Source: Geobacteraceae bacterium (lineage in GTDB: Bacteria > Desulfobacterota > Desulfuromonadia > Geobacterales > DSM-12255). From it: a stretch of DNA of 60,021 bases. The DNA lies in assembly GCA_043725245.1 (NCBI GenBank), contig JAYSLX010000045.1:1-60021 (forward strand). Direction: 5' to 3'. Under the pieces are notes generated by a model. The model saw nothing but the letters and a program-made list of their open reading frames with translations, was not told the DNA's origin and made no database searches. A program made the translations under genes and the position numbers. Shown here piece by piece: positions 50,350 to 60,021 of the stretch; position 1 is the first letter of the stretch; each line of letters starts with the position of its first letter.

Positions 50350-53300
50350 CTACCGTTCGATGCTCCACTTCTTCGAAGGCTTGTAGTGACAGTTGGTGTT
50401 GGAGCAGCTGCCGGTGTTGTTGGTGTTCTGGCCGGCTGAAGTATCGGTCATTTTGCCGGAGTAACGCTCAGCGCCAAGAGAGCGCTGGTAATCGAACTTG
50501 CGCCGTTCCTTGACGTCTATGGTAACCCTGCTTGGCACCACTGGAGTCTGCATGGTGTGGGCACTCATGGATGGGTTCATGTTGCCGTTGCTATGACATA
50601 CTGCGCAGTTGGCCCACCCTTCCGATGCCTTGGCCGTGGCGGGTATGTGTTTCTCGATGGAATGTGCGCCGCCACCACCTGAATAATCTTCGAAGCGGGC
50701 GCTGCTGTAGTTGCTCTGGCGGAAGACCGTGCCGCCGGTCAGACCTCTGCGTACTGGCGGATAGCCATGGCAGAGGTCACAGGTTCTGCTCGGTTTGAAG
50801 GCGGCAGTGCGGTCGGAATCGCTGTGGCCGTGGCAGACGGTGCAGCGTGTGCCCGGGTTGTGGTTGGCGTCGTACAGGTCGTTGCGGAAGTGTGCCAGGG
50901 TGCTCGGGTCAGGTGCGTGGCAGACCTGGCAGAGGCCTGAGAAGTCGGCTTTCACGTAATCCCCCCAGGCCGCGTTGGGCGCTGAGGAGAGCGTAAAGGT
51001 TGTGGCGACCGTGGTTGTAAGGTTGCCGGTGACAGGGTCGGATAGTTGCGCGACATTGTCATGGATCATATAGGCATTGCCGTCGCCATGTGCGTCATGG
51101 CAGTCCCAGCAGAACTGGCCTCCGTTGTTTGATGATGCGTGTCTTGGGCCATAGTGGAATGCACTGACCTTCTTGGTGGCGGTCTTGACTGCTGGTACGG
51201 TCACGCCGGTGGAACCGATGCCGTGGCAGACCTGGCAGGGGGCGTTACGACCCCATGCAATTGTCGAGTAATTCCTGAGGCGAAAGATATTGGTGGAGTC
51301 GTCATGGTTGATGGTGTTGTCATGACAGTACAGGCAGGCATTTGCCGCGGTGAATGCAGCGGCAGGGTTGCCGGAGGAGTAGCTGCCGCCGGCTTTGCCG
51401 TGCCCTGTGGTATCCCATTCACCGGCCATTTTGATGATACTGATAGCGCTGGCGCTGGTGAATGGGGGGGTGAAGTTGTCACTGTCCGCAACCCCGCCGT
51501 GGCAGTTCTGGCAGTTGAGGGTGGCGCCCCAGGTGGCGTTGTTGCCGCCATGGCAGGAGATGGAGGCGCAGCTGCTCGGGATGGTCGGGTTGCCTATTGT
51601 CGGGGTAAAGGTGACGCTGCCATCTGTCTCCACGTTATACGACTTATTGGCATGGTTAGCATTCCAATCACCATTCCAGGTGTCATTGTGGCATACCCCG
51701 CAGTTGTAGCCCCAGGTTTTCACATGCTTGCTGTGGCTGTTGGCCTTGGGTGAACCGTTCGCATAGGATGGGCCGGTATCGTTACTCCCATCGTTATAGT
51801 CGTGGCAGCCGTTGCAACCATCGATTGATCCACTCCAGACAGCAGCGCTGTTCGGGCTCTTGCCGATGCCGGTGTAGGGGGCGGAAAACGTGGTTCCCTT
51901 ACTGTGACAGTAGATATTTGCGCAGTTCGGGTTGCTGTAGGGTGTAGCGTCACTATTGGTGGCATCCCAGAGGACGTCTTTCGCCTTGTTGATATGTTTC
52001 CGCTTGTCGGTGATGTTCACGCCATTGCTGGTCGTTGTGAAGTGGCACTTGGAGCAGCTGATGCCGTAATTAGAGACATGGGTGGAATGGGAGCCGGTGC
52101 CGATGGGTGAACCGCTTGCAGTGGTGTAGCCATGGCATGATATGCAGCGGACTGCGGGATCGGCGGTACTGGTGGTGGTGGCCCAGTTGACGTCGGTTGG
52201 GCCTGCCACGCCGTTGCCGTCGCTGTGGCAGTAGCTGCTGGTGCAGTTGCCGCCAGCGGTGAAACTCATGGATCCGTCACTGCCGGCGGAGGTGCCGGCC
52301 GGAGTGTAGCTCCCCGTTCTTCCTGCAGCGGTGTAGCCGAAATAGACTTCCGCTGCCTGAATGGTGCTGACCGGCGCGTTGGCATGAACAGCCGGGGTCG
52401 AATGACAGGAGTTACAGCTGAAACGGTAGGTGGTGCCATCGCCGGTGCCGTTGCCGGCAGCCAATCCTGAAGTGGGGAGATTGGTCCCTTCCCAGTGGAT
52501 CTTATGGGCGCCTGCGCTCCCCCAGTTGGCGTCATCAGCCTTGGCATTGTGGCAGGCGTTACAGAGGAGAGGTGCGCCGCCCCAGCGAGGGGTGCCGGTT
52601 GAATGGCAGTAGGTGTTGTAGCATGTCTTTGATGAGGCGGTGTAGCTGCCGGTATAGCCGCCGTAAACCCCGAAATTGACATCCCTGGTCGTGTTGAGAT
52701 GCAGCGATGAGTAGTCCTTCAGTTTGTTGGCCATGCCCTGGTCAACGGTGAGGCGGTGACAATCGGCGCAGCCTCGGCTGTCTGTTGTATTGCGGCCTGC
52801 AACGTGTTGCTGGTGAGTGTTGGCAGTGGCGGAGCCGACTGCGCCGCTCACATGGCTCGGCTCACCGGCAACAGAGGTGAAGGACGCCCCCTGGGCAACG
52901 GTTTCATAACCGTGACACCCCTTGCAGGAAAGGGGTGAGCTTGCACGCCATGCCTTGCTCCCGGTCATGTTGCGGAAGACCGGCGTAGCCTGGCCGCTGC
53001 TGTGACAATAGACGTTGCTGCAGACACCGGTGGCGGTGGCGTAATTATCGGTGCCGCCTGCCTTGGCGCCGGAGTAATCATTCAGTTTGTTGACGTGTCT
53101 GGGTTTGTCGATGATCGTCCGGTCAGTGGCGTTGACGGTCAGGGCATGGCACTCGACGCATTTCAGGTTGTTGGCACTGCCAAGATAAGCGGGGTTATTC
53201 ATATGGGCCGTATGGCGCCCCGAGGAGATGATATTATAAGCGGCGACCGCAGCATTGCCGCCGTGACATCCGGTACAGTCGGCAGGCATAGTATCGCCCC

Positions 53301-54942
53301 AAACGGGGACCTTTTTCGGCGGATTGCCGTTGCCGCTGCTGTGACAATAGGTGGCGTTGCATGTCTGCCCGCCGGCGTAGCTGCCTGAGGGGTCGAAGGT
53401 GTCGAATTTCACGTCTGTGCCGGCGATGCTGCTGGTACCGTTAAGGTGGGCGCTGCCGTTGATCACAGACGTGTTGTCGCTGGTGGTACCGGAGTGGCAC
53501 CTGACACAGCCTATGCTGTAGCCTGGGTTGGCAGAGTGTGCGGTGTGGCTGTTGGAGCCGGCCAGGCCGGAACCGGCATTGCCATGTTCCGGATAGCCGG
53601 TGCCGTTGCCGGTCCCGTGACAGCCGTTGCAACCGATGGCCGGACCGTTCCAGGCAATCGGCAGATAGGTCCGGCTGCCGCCTGCGGGATGGCCGTCGCT
53701 GTGACAGTAGATATTGGCGCAACCTGCGCCAAGGGCGCTGCCGGGAGCCTTGGTGGCGCCTGTCGCAACGGTAGTGGCCGATCCACTGTAGACGGGACCA
53801 TAGGCATCCTTGTTGACACCGCTGTTGTCGAACTTGATGTTGATGTTCTTGTCCGGATGATTGGCGGTTGAGGCAATGGTGGTGTCGCTTGCGACCGTTG
53901 CAGTATGGCATTCCTTGCAGTTTATGTTCCTACCGACAGCTCCTGCATTGTTGATGTGTTTGGCGTGCATATTCGTGTTGATTGCGTTGCCCGCAGCAGT
54001 GACGTTGCCGCCGTGGCACCCTTCGCAGTTGGGCGGCATTGAACCGCCCCAGGTTGCGACGGTTTTTGGCGCGTTGCCACCGTTGAATGTCGAGGCTGAC
54101 AATCCCTGGCTGTGGCAGTAGAGGTTGGTGCAGTTGCCGAACGACTGGGAGCCGCTCTGGCTGGGAAGAAAATTGGCGCCTGTCCCTGAGTAGCTTCCGG
54201 CAGGCACGTCAGTAGGATCGAGGATAGCCACGATGATCCCCCGCCGGGTTGCGCTGGTGGCATGCGAGAATTTGTTCCCCGCTCCGCCCAGATGGTCAAC
54301 GTGGCATTTCTTGCACTGAACAGCGCCGCTGTAATAGGCATTGTGTTGTGTGTGGCTGCCTTCAGTGCCTGTGCCACCACCGGTTGGAGGAGCACCGTGG
54401 CACTGGTCGCAGTCGTTGGTCGTGTTGTTTGTATAACTGAACGGTGTGCCGGCCCAGGTTGGGGTGATCTTCTCAAAATGGCAGTTATTGTTTGAGCATG
54501 TCCCCATGTTCGATTGATCGGATGTCCAGTTGAAGAATAGTGGAGAGACCGCCTTGCTGTACTTTGAGGCTACCGGGGAGCTGTTGAGGTTGGCCGTCAT
54601 GTCGATCCGGTCGTTCATGTGGCCGGTGGTATAGCTGCCTGAACCTGTATGGCATTTCTCGCAGACATTCATGGCAATGGTTTGGGCCATGTGGGTACGG
54701 TGGCTCCCCTGGAAACCGCCGGTGGTGATGTTCCGGAAGGGGGCATCGATCGGCCTGAAATCATCTGGCGGATTGGCGGGATCGGTTGTTGCCGTTCCGT
54801 GACAGTCGTAGCAGGCATTGCTGTACTGGTACTGCTGTGGTGCAGCCTGCGCTGCCGAGCAGTGGAGGAATGTCCCTCCCAGCATGAAGAGAGATAAAAT
54901 AACCGATGCAGTCCGGTTCGATACACGGTACTTCTCTCTCAT
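50350..54942 (-). CDS. giant multiheme cytochrome c (~36 hemes)
   Basis: SD gggagg; signal peptide ending AQA; 26 CxxCH + 10 CxxxxCH by count. Confidence 0.94.
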   Translation of the reverse strand: MREKYRVSNRTASVILSLFMLGGTFLHCSAAQAAPQQYQYSNACYDCHGTATTDPANPPDDFRPIDAPFRNITTGGFQGSHRTHMAQTIAMNVCEKCHTGSGSYTTGHMNDRIDMTANLNSSPVASKYSKAVSPLFFNWTSDQSNMGTCSNNNCHFEKITPTWAGTPFSYTNNTTNDCDQCHGAPPTGGGTGTEGSHTQHNAYYSGAVQCKKCHVDHLGGAGNKFSHATSATRRGIIVAILDPTDVPAGSYSGTGANFLPSQSGSQSFGNCTNLYCHSQGLSASTFNGGNAPKTVATWGGSMPPNCEGCHGGNVTAAGNAINTNMHAKHINNAGAVGRNINCKECHTATVASDTTIASTANHPDKNINIKFDNSGVNKDAYGPVYSGSATTVATGATKAPGSALGAGCANIYCHSDGHPAGGSRTYLPIAWNGPAIGCNGCHGTGNGTGYPEHGNAGSGLAGSNSHTAHSANPGYSIGCVRCHSGTTSDNTSVINGSAHLNGTSSIAGTDVKFDTFDPSGSYAGGQTCNATYCHSSGNGNPPKKVPVWGDTMPADCTGCHGGNAAVAAYNIISSGRHTAHMNNPAYLGSANNLKCVECHALTVNATDRTIIDKPRHVNKLNDYSGAKAGGTDNYATATGVCSNVYCHSSGQATPVFRNMTGSKAWRASSPLSCKGCHGYETVAQGASFTSVAGEPSHVSGAVGSATANTHQQHVAGRNTTDSRGCADCHRLTVDQGMANKLKDYSSLHLNTTRDVNFGVYGGYTGSYTASSKTCYNTYCHSTGTPRWGGAPLLCNACHNAKADDANWGSAGAHKIHWEGTNLPTSGLAAGNGTGDGTTYRFSCNSCHSTPAVHANAPVSTIQAAEVYFGYTAAGRTGSYTPAGTSAGSDGSMSFTAGGNCTSSYCHSDGNGVAGPTDVNWATTTSTADPAVRCISCHGYTTASGSPIGTGSHSTHVSNYGISCSKCHFTTTSNGVNITDKRKHINKAKDVLWDATNSDATPYSNPNCANIYCHSKGTTFSAPYTGIGKSPNSAAVWSGSIDGCNGCHDYNDGSNDTGPSYANGSPKANSHSKHVKTWGYNCGVCHNDTWNGDWNANHANKSYNVETDGSVTFTPTIGNPTIPSSCASISCHGGNNATWGATLNCQNCHGGVADSDNFTPPFTSASAISIIKMAGEWDTTGHGKAGGSYSSGNPAAAFTAANACLYCHDNTINHDDSTNIFRLRNYSTIAWGRNAPCQVCHGIGSTGVTVPAVKTATKKVSAFHYGPRHASSNNGGQFCWDCHDAHGDGNAYMIHDNVAQLSDPVTGNLTTTVATTFTLSSAPNAAWGDYVKADFSGLCQVCHAPDPSTLAHFRNDLYDANHNPGTRCTVCHGHSDSDRTAAFKPSRTCDLCHGYPPVRRGLTGGTVFRQSNYSSARFEDYSGGGGAHSIEKHIPATAKASEGWANCAVCHSNGNMNPSMSAHTMQTPVVPSRVTIDVKERRKFDYQRSLGAERYSGKMTDTSAGQNTNNTGSCSNTNCHYKPSKKWSIER

Positions 54943-54998
54943 CAGCCGGCCTCCCTGACTATCCAATACAATATGTCTGACCTGACCTGATTGGGGTC

Positions 54999-57900
54999 TC
55001 ATTTTTCACTGCTCCATTTTTTCGCCGGCTTGAAGTGACACTTGATGTTTGAGCAGGTCCCGCTCTGGTTGTTGTAATTATCCAAAAGTATTCCGGAATA
55101 GCGGTTCGGAGCGAGATGGCGCGTGTTGTCATATGTGTAGCGCGGGTCCACGTCGATGGTTACGTTGCTTGGCAGAACTGGCATTATCATCGTATGGGTA
55201 GAAGGATTAAGATTTCCCTTGCTGTGGCAGATGGCACAGTTGGCCCACCCTTCAGCAGGACGGGCAGTAGATTTCAGATGCTTTTCGATGGTATGCGCGC
55301 CGCCGCCGCCACTGTACTTCTCGAAGCGGGCGCTCGAGTAGTTCCCCTGGCGGAAGATGGTGCCGTTGGCCAGCCCCCGACGGACCGGCGGATAGCCATG
55401 GCAGGAGTCGCAGAGATAAATTGGTTTGAAAGCGCTGCTTGTATCGGCGGCATTATGATTATGGCACTCGACACAGATGGTCGATGAGTAGTGGTTGTTG
55501 CCGGCGGTCGCCCTGTAATTATTGGTTGCGGTGTGGCAGACATTGCAGATGCCGTCGAAGGGAGCGGTCGATTTCGCAAAATCGGTGCCGTCATAGGCAG
55601 AGGTAAAGACCGTTGGCCTGGTAACCAACGGAGCGCCGGTAACAGCATCTGATTTTTGTGCTACTGCATCATGAATCATGTAGATATTGGAGTCTCCGTG
55701 GGGATCGTGGCAGTCCCAGCAGAAGCGGCCGCCGGTGCCGTTGGCTCCACCATGCTTAGTGCCTGAATGACTCGAATTAATGGGAGTTGAAAGCGTGCGG
55801 TTGCGGAATACGCCGTTTACGGTGAAACCGGTCGCACTGGTGGCATGGCAGATCAGGCAAGGGGCGTTTCTTCCCCAACTGGTGGTGGAATAGTTCCTAA
55901 GCCGGAAAGGATTGCTGCCATTCTTATGGGCCACACCCGGATCGTGACAATATTCGCAGGCATTAGTTCCGGTGAAGTCGGCGGCGGGGTTGCCCGACCA
56001 GTATACGCCGGAAGGTTTACCATGTCCGGAGGTATCCCATTCGCCAATGACCCTGATCTTGCCGATGGAGCCGTCGTTCCAGAAGGATCCGTTGAAGTTG
56101 TTCAGGTCGACAGGGCCTCCGTGGCACTCCTGGCAGTTGATTGCAACGCCCCAGATGGCGGTGTTGCCGCCGTGACAGGAGATGTTGGTGCACTGGGCAG
56201 GGGATGTCGGGGTCCCGGTGCCGGCGGTGACCGAGAAGGAAGCGCCTGCGCCAGCCACGATGTCGTACAACTGGTTGACGTGGAGCGTCAGGTTGATCAG
56301 GTCGTCGGCCGCATTGATTACGCTGCTGTGACAGGTCTGGCAGTTCATGGCGGCGGTGTGAGCTGCATGGCTGTTGGCTTTTGGCGAACCGTTGGCATAG
56401 GTTGGACCTGCGGTTATCCCGCCGCTGTGACAGCTGGAACAGTTCATAACCGGCGGCGGATTCCAGGCGAGCGGCCCGTGGAGCGGAGTGGTCAGCGAAG
56501 TGCCCTGGCTGTGACACCAGGTATTGCTGCATTGGCCGCCAGACCAGGTGCCTTTGGCAAAGGCGCTGAACTGGACATCCTTGACCCCGTCGGGGTGCTG
56601 GTTGCGGCCCGATGCGCCGTTGATGGCGAGGTTGTTCAAGGCTGTGCCCGAATGGCAGGCGTTGCAGCCAAAATCCGGATTTGCGCCGTATGAATTGACA
56701 TGAATTGTATGGGGTGCCGACCAGGTTGGGGCAGGATCTCCTGCCTTGCTGTGACATCCGTCGCAGCCAAGGGGCACGGCGCTGTTCCATGTTGGCGAAT
56801 TGAGGTAAATTCCATTGCCGTTGCTATGGCAATAAACGTTGCATGTGCCGTAGACGGCGCTGGGGGCTGGAGCGCCTGTCGAACCGCTCGCACTGGCACG
56901 GTAGGTGGCGCTGTTGCCGAATTTGGGGTCGGCTGTCGCCAGTGACCAGGAGACGCTGCCATTGACGTGGGCATTATCGGGTGTCGCGGGGTGACATTTG
57001 TCGCATGCCAGCCCCATATTACCGCTGCCGGCATGACTTATATGACTGCTGGTGCCTGGCGGGTATCCATGACACAGGGCGCAGCTCTGGGAAAGGTCTA
57101 CAGAAAATGAACCGGCAGGGTTCGAGTGCTTGTGGCAGACATTGCATATTTGCGCGTTGCCGGAGAGGTCGTCATGCTGGGCAGGGTACTGTTTACCGTT
57201 ACCCGGATTGAATCCGGAAGGTGGGACAACATGGCATGACTGGCAGACACCGCTGCCGTCCCCCCGCTTGTAATTTCTTCCGGCGCCGGTCATCTGAAAA
57301 AAGGTTCGCCTGTTACTGTTGTTCCGGTTGTCAATCTTGCCGAACGGGGTTGAGATGTTCATGTACCGCTTGATCAAAAATACGTTGGGAATCTTTTCCT
57401 GAGCGGAGACCGCCAATGGGTCGTACTCCACATGGGCACCGTGACAGTCACCGCACTGAATGTTCTGCCCAACGCTGTTATGAGCCATCTTGCCTGCGTG
57501 ACAGTTGGTGCAGATGTTTACGCTGTTGGCGGTACTGCCGCGGAGATCGGTTCTGAGCAGGTAACCGGCTGATGGTTTGAGAGAGTAGTAGCTTGAATAG
57601 CCGTCAAACGTGGCGCTGTTGGAATCGGTAGTGTGGACACCATGGCAGGTAGTGCAGAGTACCTTGCCGTTGATGAGTTTCATGGCTGCTGTGGGGTTGG
57701 CCGGATTGGCATTTACCGGGACAGGTTGCAGGGGGGTGGTGCTTGAATAGTGGACATTTACCGGGTGGCTTCCGGACAAGTGACTAGATGTATTCCTGGA
57801 ACGGTGACAGTCCAGGCAGATCTGGTCACTGTTGTTGATCATTCGGAGAAACGGCTTGGAACTATTGGAGTGTGGATTATGGCAACTGACGCACGCCAGA

Positions 57901-58307
57901 AATTCATTGGTTCTGCCCAGCAGGTCCAGTCTGGTCATTGATTGCAGCAGGGGTGTTTGTGCGCCTGCCGCCGGTACGGTTATGCTGCCGAACCATCTGT
58001 GGGAGTGCTGGAAACGCGTGCCGGGAAGAGCGGCGGTGTAAACGTTGAATGGGTCGGCGGCATCAAGGGCGACGTAGGGTTTTGCCCCCCCAGTGGGCAC
58101 TCCGGGCTTGTGGCAGTCAAGACATATGTTGTTGTATCCGGTCGTGCCCAGGGTGACATGGGCCATATGGCAGTTCTGGCAGCCATAGCCATTGCCCGGA
58201 TCGTGAATGGGGTCGAGGACGATAGCCTTTACTGTTACAGGGAAGAGTAACATCAGTATTACAGCAAGATTTTTCGCAACAAATCCGTTCAGGGTATGCT
58301 CCTGCAA
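54999..58307 (-). CDS. giant multiheme cytochrome c (~27 hemes)
   Basis: signal peptide ending VKA; 23 CxxCH + 3 CxxxxCH + 1 CxxxCH by count; start codon uncertain. Confidence 0.93.
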   Translation of the reverse strand: MQEHTLNGFVAKNLAVILMLLFPVTVKAIVLDPIHDPGNGYGCQNCHMAHVTLGTTGYNNICLDCHKPGVPTGGAKPYVALDAADPFNVYTAALPGTRFQHSHRWFGSITVPAAGAQTPLLQSMTRLDLLGRTNEFLACVSCHNPHSNSSKPFLRMINNSDQICLDCHRSRNTSSHLSGSHPVNVHYSSTTPLQPVPVNANPANPTAAMKLINGKVLCTTCHGVHTTDSNSATFDGYSSYYSLKPSAGYLLRTDLRGSTANSVNICTNCHAGKMAHNSVGQNIQCGDCHGAHVEYDPLAVSAQEKIPNVFLIKRYMNISTPFGKIDNRNNSNRRTFFQMTGAGRNYKRGDGSGVCQSCHVVPPSGFNPGNGKQYPAQHDDLSGNAQICNVCHKHSNPAGSFSVDLSQSCALCHGYPPGTSSHISHAGSGNMGLACDKCHPATPDNAHVNGSVSWSLATADPKFGNSATYRASASGSTGAPAPSAVYGTCNVYCHSNGNGIYLNSPTWNSAVPLGCDGCHSKAGDPAPTWSAPHTIHVNSYGANPDFGCNACHSGTALNNLAINGASGRNQHPDGVKDVQFSAFAKGTWSGGQCSNTWCHSQGTSLTTPLHGPLAWNPPPVMNCSSCHSGGITAGPTYANGSPKANSHAAHTAAMNCQTCHSSVINAADDLINLTLHVNQLYDIVAGAGASFSVTAGTGTPTSPAQCTNISCHGGNTAIWGVAINCQECHGGPVDLNNFNGSFWNDGSIGKIRVIGEWDTSGHGKPSGVYWSGNPAADFTGTNACEYCHDPGVAHKNGSNPFRLRNYSTTSWGRNAPCLICHATSATGFTVNGVFRNRTLSTPINSSHSGTKHGGANGTGGRFCWDCHDPHGDSNIYMIHDAVAQKSDAVTGAPLVTRPTVFTSAYDGTDFAKSTAPFDGICNVCHTATNNYRATAGNNHYSSTICVECHNHNAADTSSAFKPIYLCDSCHGYPPVRRGLANGTIFRQGNYSSARFEKYSGGGGAHTIEKHLKSTARPAEGWANCAICHSKGNLNPSTHTMIMPVLPSNVTIDVDPRYTYDNTRHLAPNRYSGILLDNYNNQSGTCSNIKCHFKPAKKWSSEK

Positions 58308-58316
58308 TAGCTCACA

Positions 58317-58859
58317 TCAGAAACCGAAAGTAACCGCCATGGTAGGTTTTGTACTCCCTGTCAGGTCAACTGTGTTTCCCGTGCCAGAGTCGTGACTAGA
58401 GACCTTGAAGGCAGGAAAAGGTGCGTTAAGATTTTTGAAATCATTTTCTGACAGGGTCACGCCACTGCTCACCGTGCAGGTAAGTCTGATAAAATCGCCC
58501 AGGCCGATTCCGTCCTGGATGCTTGAAGTGTCGGCCACACCGATCGTAACCCGCTGGACGGCTCCCGAATAACTCCCCAAAATGGTTACATTGGTCTTTA
58601 TCCCTGCCAGCGCAGACGATTTGATCACGTTTACGGTCCCAAGTTCGATTGGCACCGTGACCCCTGCCGGAAGTTTCGTGGTAAACTGGATCCCATTAAT
58701 CGGCACAGCATGCAATGATGCCGTGCTTATCACACCAAAGGTGATGACCGCACTCTTTTGTTGCGGTGGTGACGCTCCTCCGCCACCACCGCCGCCGCAA
58801 CCGGAGAGCGGAATGGTCAGCATCAGGAGTAGCAGACCGGCCAGTCTAATCTTGTCCAT
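58317..58859 (-). CDS. lipoprotein with cohesin-like beta-sandwich domain
   Basis: lipobox LSGC followed by poly-Gly; INGIQFTTKLPAGVTV ... GLGDFIRLTC beta-strand pattern; next to a dockerin gene. Confidence 0.6.
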   Translation of the reverse strand: MDKIRLAGLLLLMLTIPLSGCGGGGGGGASPPQQKSAVITFGVISTASLHAVPINGIQFTTKLPAGVTVPIELGTVNVIKSSALAGIKTNVTILGSYSGAVQRVTIGVADTSSIQDGIGLGDFIRLTCTVSSGVTLSENDFKNLNAPFPAFKVSSHDSGTGNTVDLTGSTKPTMAVTFGF

Positions 58860-58886
58860 AATCCATTCCTTTTTTGATTCCTTCTA

Positions 58887-60020
58887 TTACCAGGGGAGCC
58901 CCACCACTTTTCGCATTATCAGGATCACATCATCAATGTCGATCACCCCGTCGGGAACCGGAACATGGTAATGCAGCGGAGCAACATCTCCCCGCAGAAG
59001 GTCATTGACGGTCGTAGCGTCAATTCTGACCGCTAAGCGCATGGCCTTGACGGCATCTATTACGTCCACCTTGCCGTTGCCGTTCATGTCGCCGCTCAAG
59101 GTGGACGTGCCTGCTGCATCGGTGGGGGTTATGGTGAACGTGCCCGGATCATAGCTAACAGCGGTCAGGTCAACACTCCAGGTCCCGTCACTGGCGATGG
59201 TCACTATGCCGACGGGGCCGTTCTTGTCCCGTGCTGTCAGATTTGCCCCTTGCTCGATCGTGCCGCTGAACTTTGCCGGGTTTGGAGAGGTCACCGGGTC
59301 AATGCTAAACCGGGGGGGCGTGACATCGTAGATGACGTTCCGGGTGACGGTGCTAATGTTCTCGGCAGAGTCGACAGCTGTGACGGCAACAGTGTAGCCC
59401 CCCTCAGCGGCGAAGCCGGCGGAGAAGGTGAACGTCCCGTTATTGAAGGTAACGGGTTTGTTGACGCCATTGACTGTCCCGGTAATTGTGACGCCGTTTG
59501 CCGGAGCGGTTCCTGTGATTGTCAGGTTCGAATTATTGGTAGCCAGGTCCTGGACGATTGAGGTTATCGCCAGAGCAGGTCGAGCAGCGTCGAAGGTGAC
59601 AGTCCGCTTGCTGCTGGTGGTTTTGCCCGCCTGATCGCTAACTGAGATTATAAAGGTGTTGAGCCCGGTCGCCAGGTTCACCGTCGTTGTCCAGTTTCCG
59701 TTGACATCCACGACAACCGGGATGCCGTTGACCGTGACGACGGAGCTCTTCTCAACATTGCCGCTTAAGAGTGTCGTGTTGCTGGTGGTGGTAATCCCGT
59801 CCGGGGAGGCAACGTTCATTTTCACCGGATATGTTGCGTCAAAATTAACACTCCTGCTTACGGATGTTGAGTTCCCAACGGCATCGATGGCTGTCACCGT
59901 TATGGTGTTCGCTCCGTGGCCGAGGGTTACTGCGGTGCTGAAGGAGCCGTTTGTCACGGTTACCTGCTGGCCATTTACTGTTACCGAGACAAGGATCGCG
60001 CTGGTGATGATCCCTGTAAC
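58887..60020 (-). CDS. Ig-like repeat surface protein with C-terminal dockerin (5' part outside window)
   Basis: repeated GxNTITVTAxDxxGN Ig modules; duplicated Ca-binding motifs GDMNGNGKVDVIDA / GDVAP...DGVIDIDDV; frame is open to the window edge. Confidence 0.85.
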   Translation of the reverse strand, partial: VTGIITSAILVSVTVNGQQVTVTNGSFSTAVTLGHGANTITVTAIDAVGNSTSVSRSVNFDATYPVKMNVASPDGITTTSNTTLLSGNVEKSSVVTVNGIPVVVDVNGNWTTTVNLATGLNTFIISVSDQAGKTTSSKRTVTFDAARPALAITSIVQDLATNNSNLTITGTAPANGVTITGTVNGVNKPVTFNNGTFTFSAGFAAEGGYTVAVTAVDSAENISTVTRNVIYDVTPPRFSIDPVTSPNPAKFSGTIEQGANLTARDKNGPVGIVTIASDGTWSVDLTAVSYDPGTFTITPTDAAGTSTLSGDMNGNGKVDVIDAVKAMRLAVRIDATTVNDLLRGDVAPLHYHVPVPDGVIDIDDVILIMRKVVGLPW

Positions 60021-60021
60021 A

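Noticed and set aside
46168-58395. Many short overlapping ORFs within the cytochrome genes
   Set aside because: Alternative-frame artefacts of GC-rich repetitive coding sequence
1-60021. tRNA, rRNA, CRISPR arrays, transposases, integrases and CBASS-type defence genes
   Set aside because: None recognisable by eye; the cGAMP link here is a riboswitch and no CD-NTase ORF is present

Overview
Chromosomal window from a Geobacteraceae-like deltaproteobacterium (Desulfobacterota), inferred from gene content and a Geobacter-type GEMM-I riboswitch. The housekeeping blocks are ribBA(3' end)-ribH-nusB-hom; ffh-rpsP-khpA-rimM-trmD-SPOUT methyltransferase-rplS-rnhB-yraN-nitrilase-nadE-rsmI; htpG; and a trp operon (trpE...trpG-D-C-B2-F-B, with no trpA in the window). 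There are five notable accessory features. (1) A likely 3',3'-cGAMP-sensing GEMM-Ib riboswitch with its own promoter and terminator controls an uncharacterised 2-TM protein. (2) An ~8 kb island splits trpE from trpG and is bounded by a 14-bp direct repeat matching the trpG start; it encodes IorAB, an arylacetate-CoA ligase, a TRAP transporter and a nested Xre/RES toxin-antitoxin pair. (3) An MlaE/MlaD pair without an adjacent ATPase follows an aromatic-proline repeat protein. (4) An OmcB-like decaheme lipoprotein is present. (5) A minus-strand operon, running off the right edge, encodes an Ig-repeat protein with a C-terminal dockerin, a cohesin-like lipoprotein, three giant CxxCH/CxxxxCH cytochromes (about 27, 36 and 22 heme motifs by hand count) and a lipoprotein. 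This operon is a candidate cohesin-dockerin-anchored extracellular electron-transfer assembly. No tRNA, rRNA, CRISPR array, transposase or integrase was seen. Family assignments come from motif recognition only; no database searches were run.
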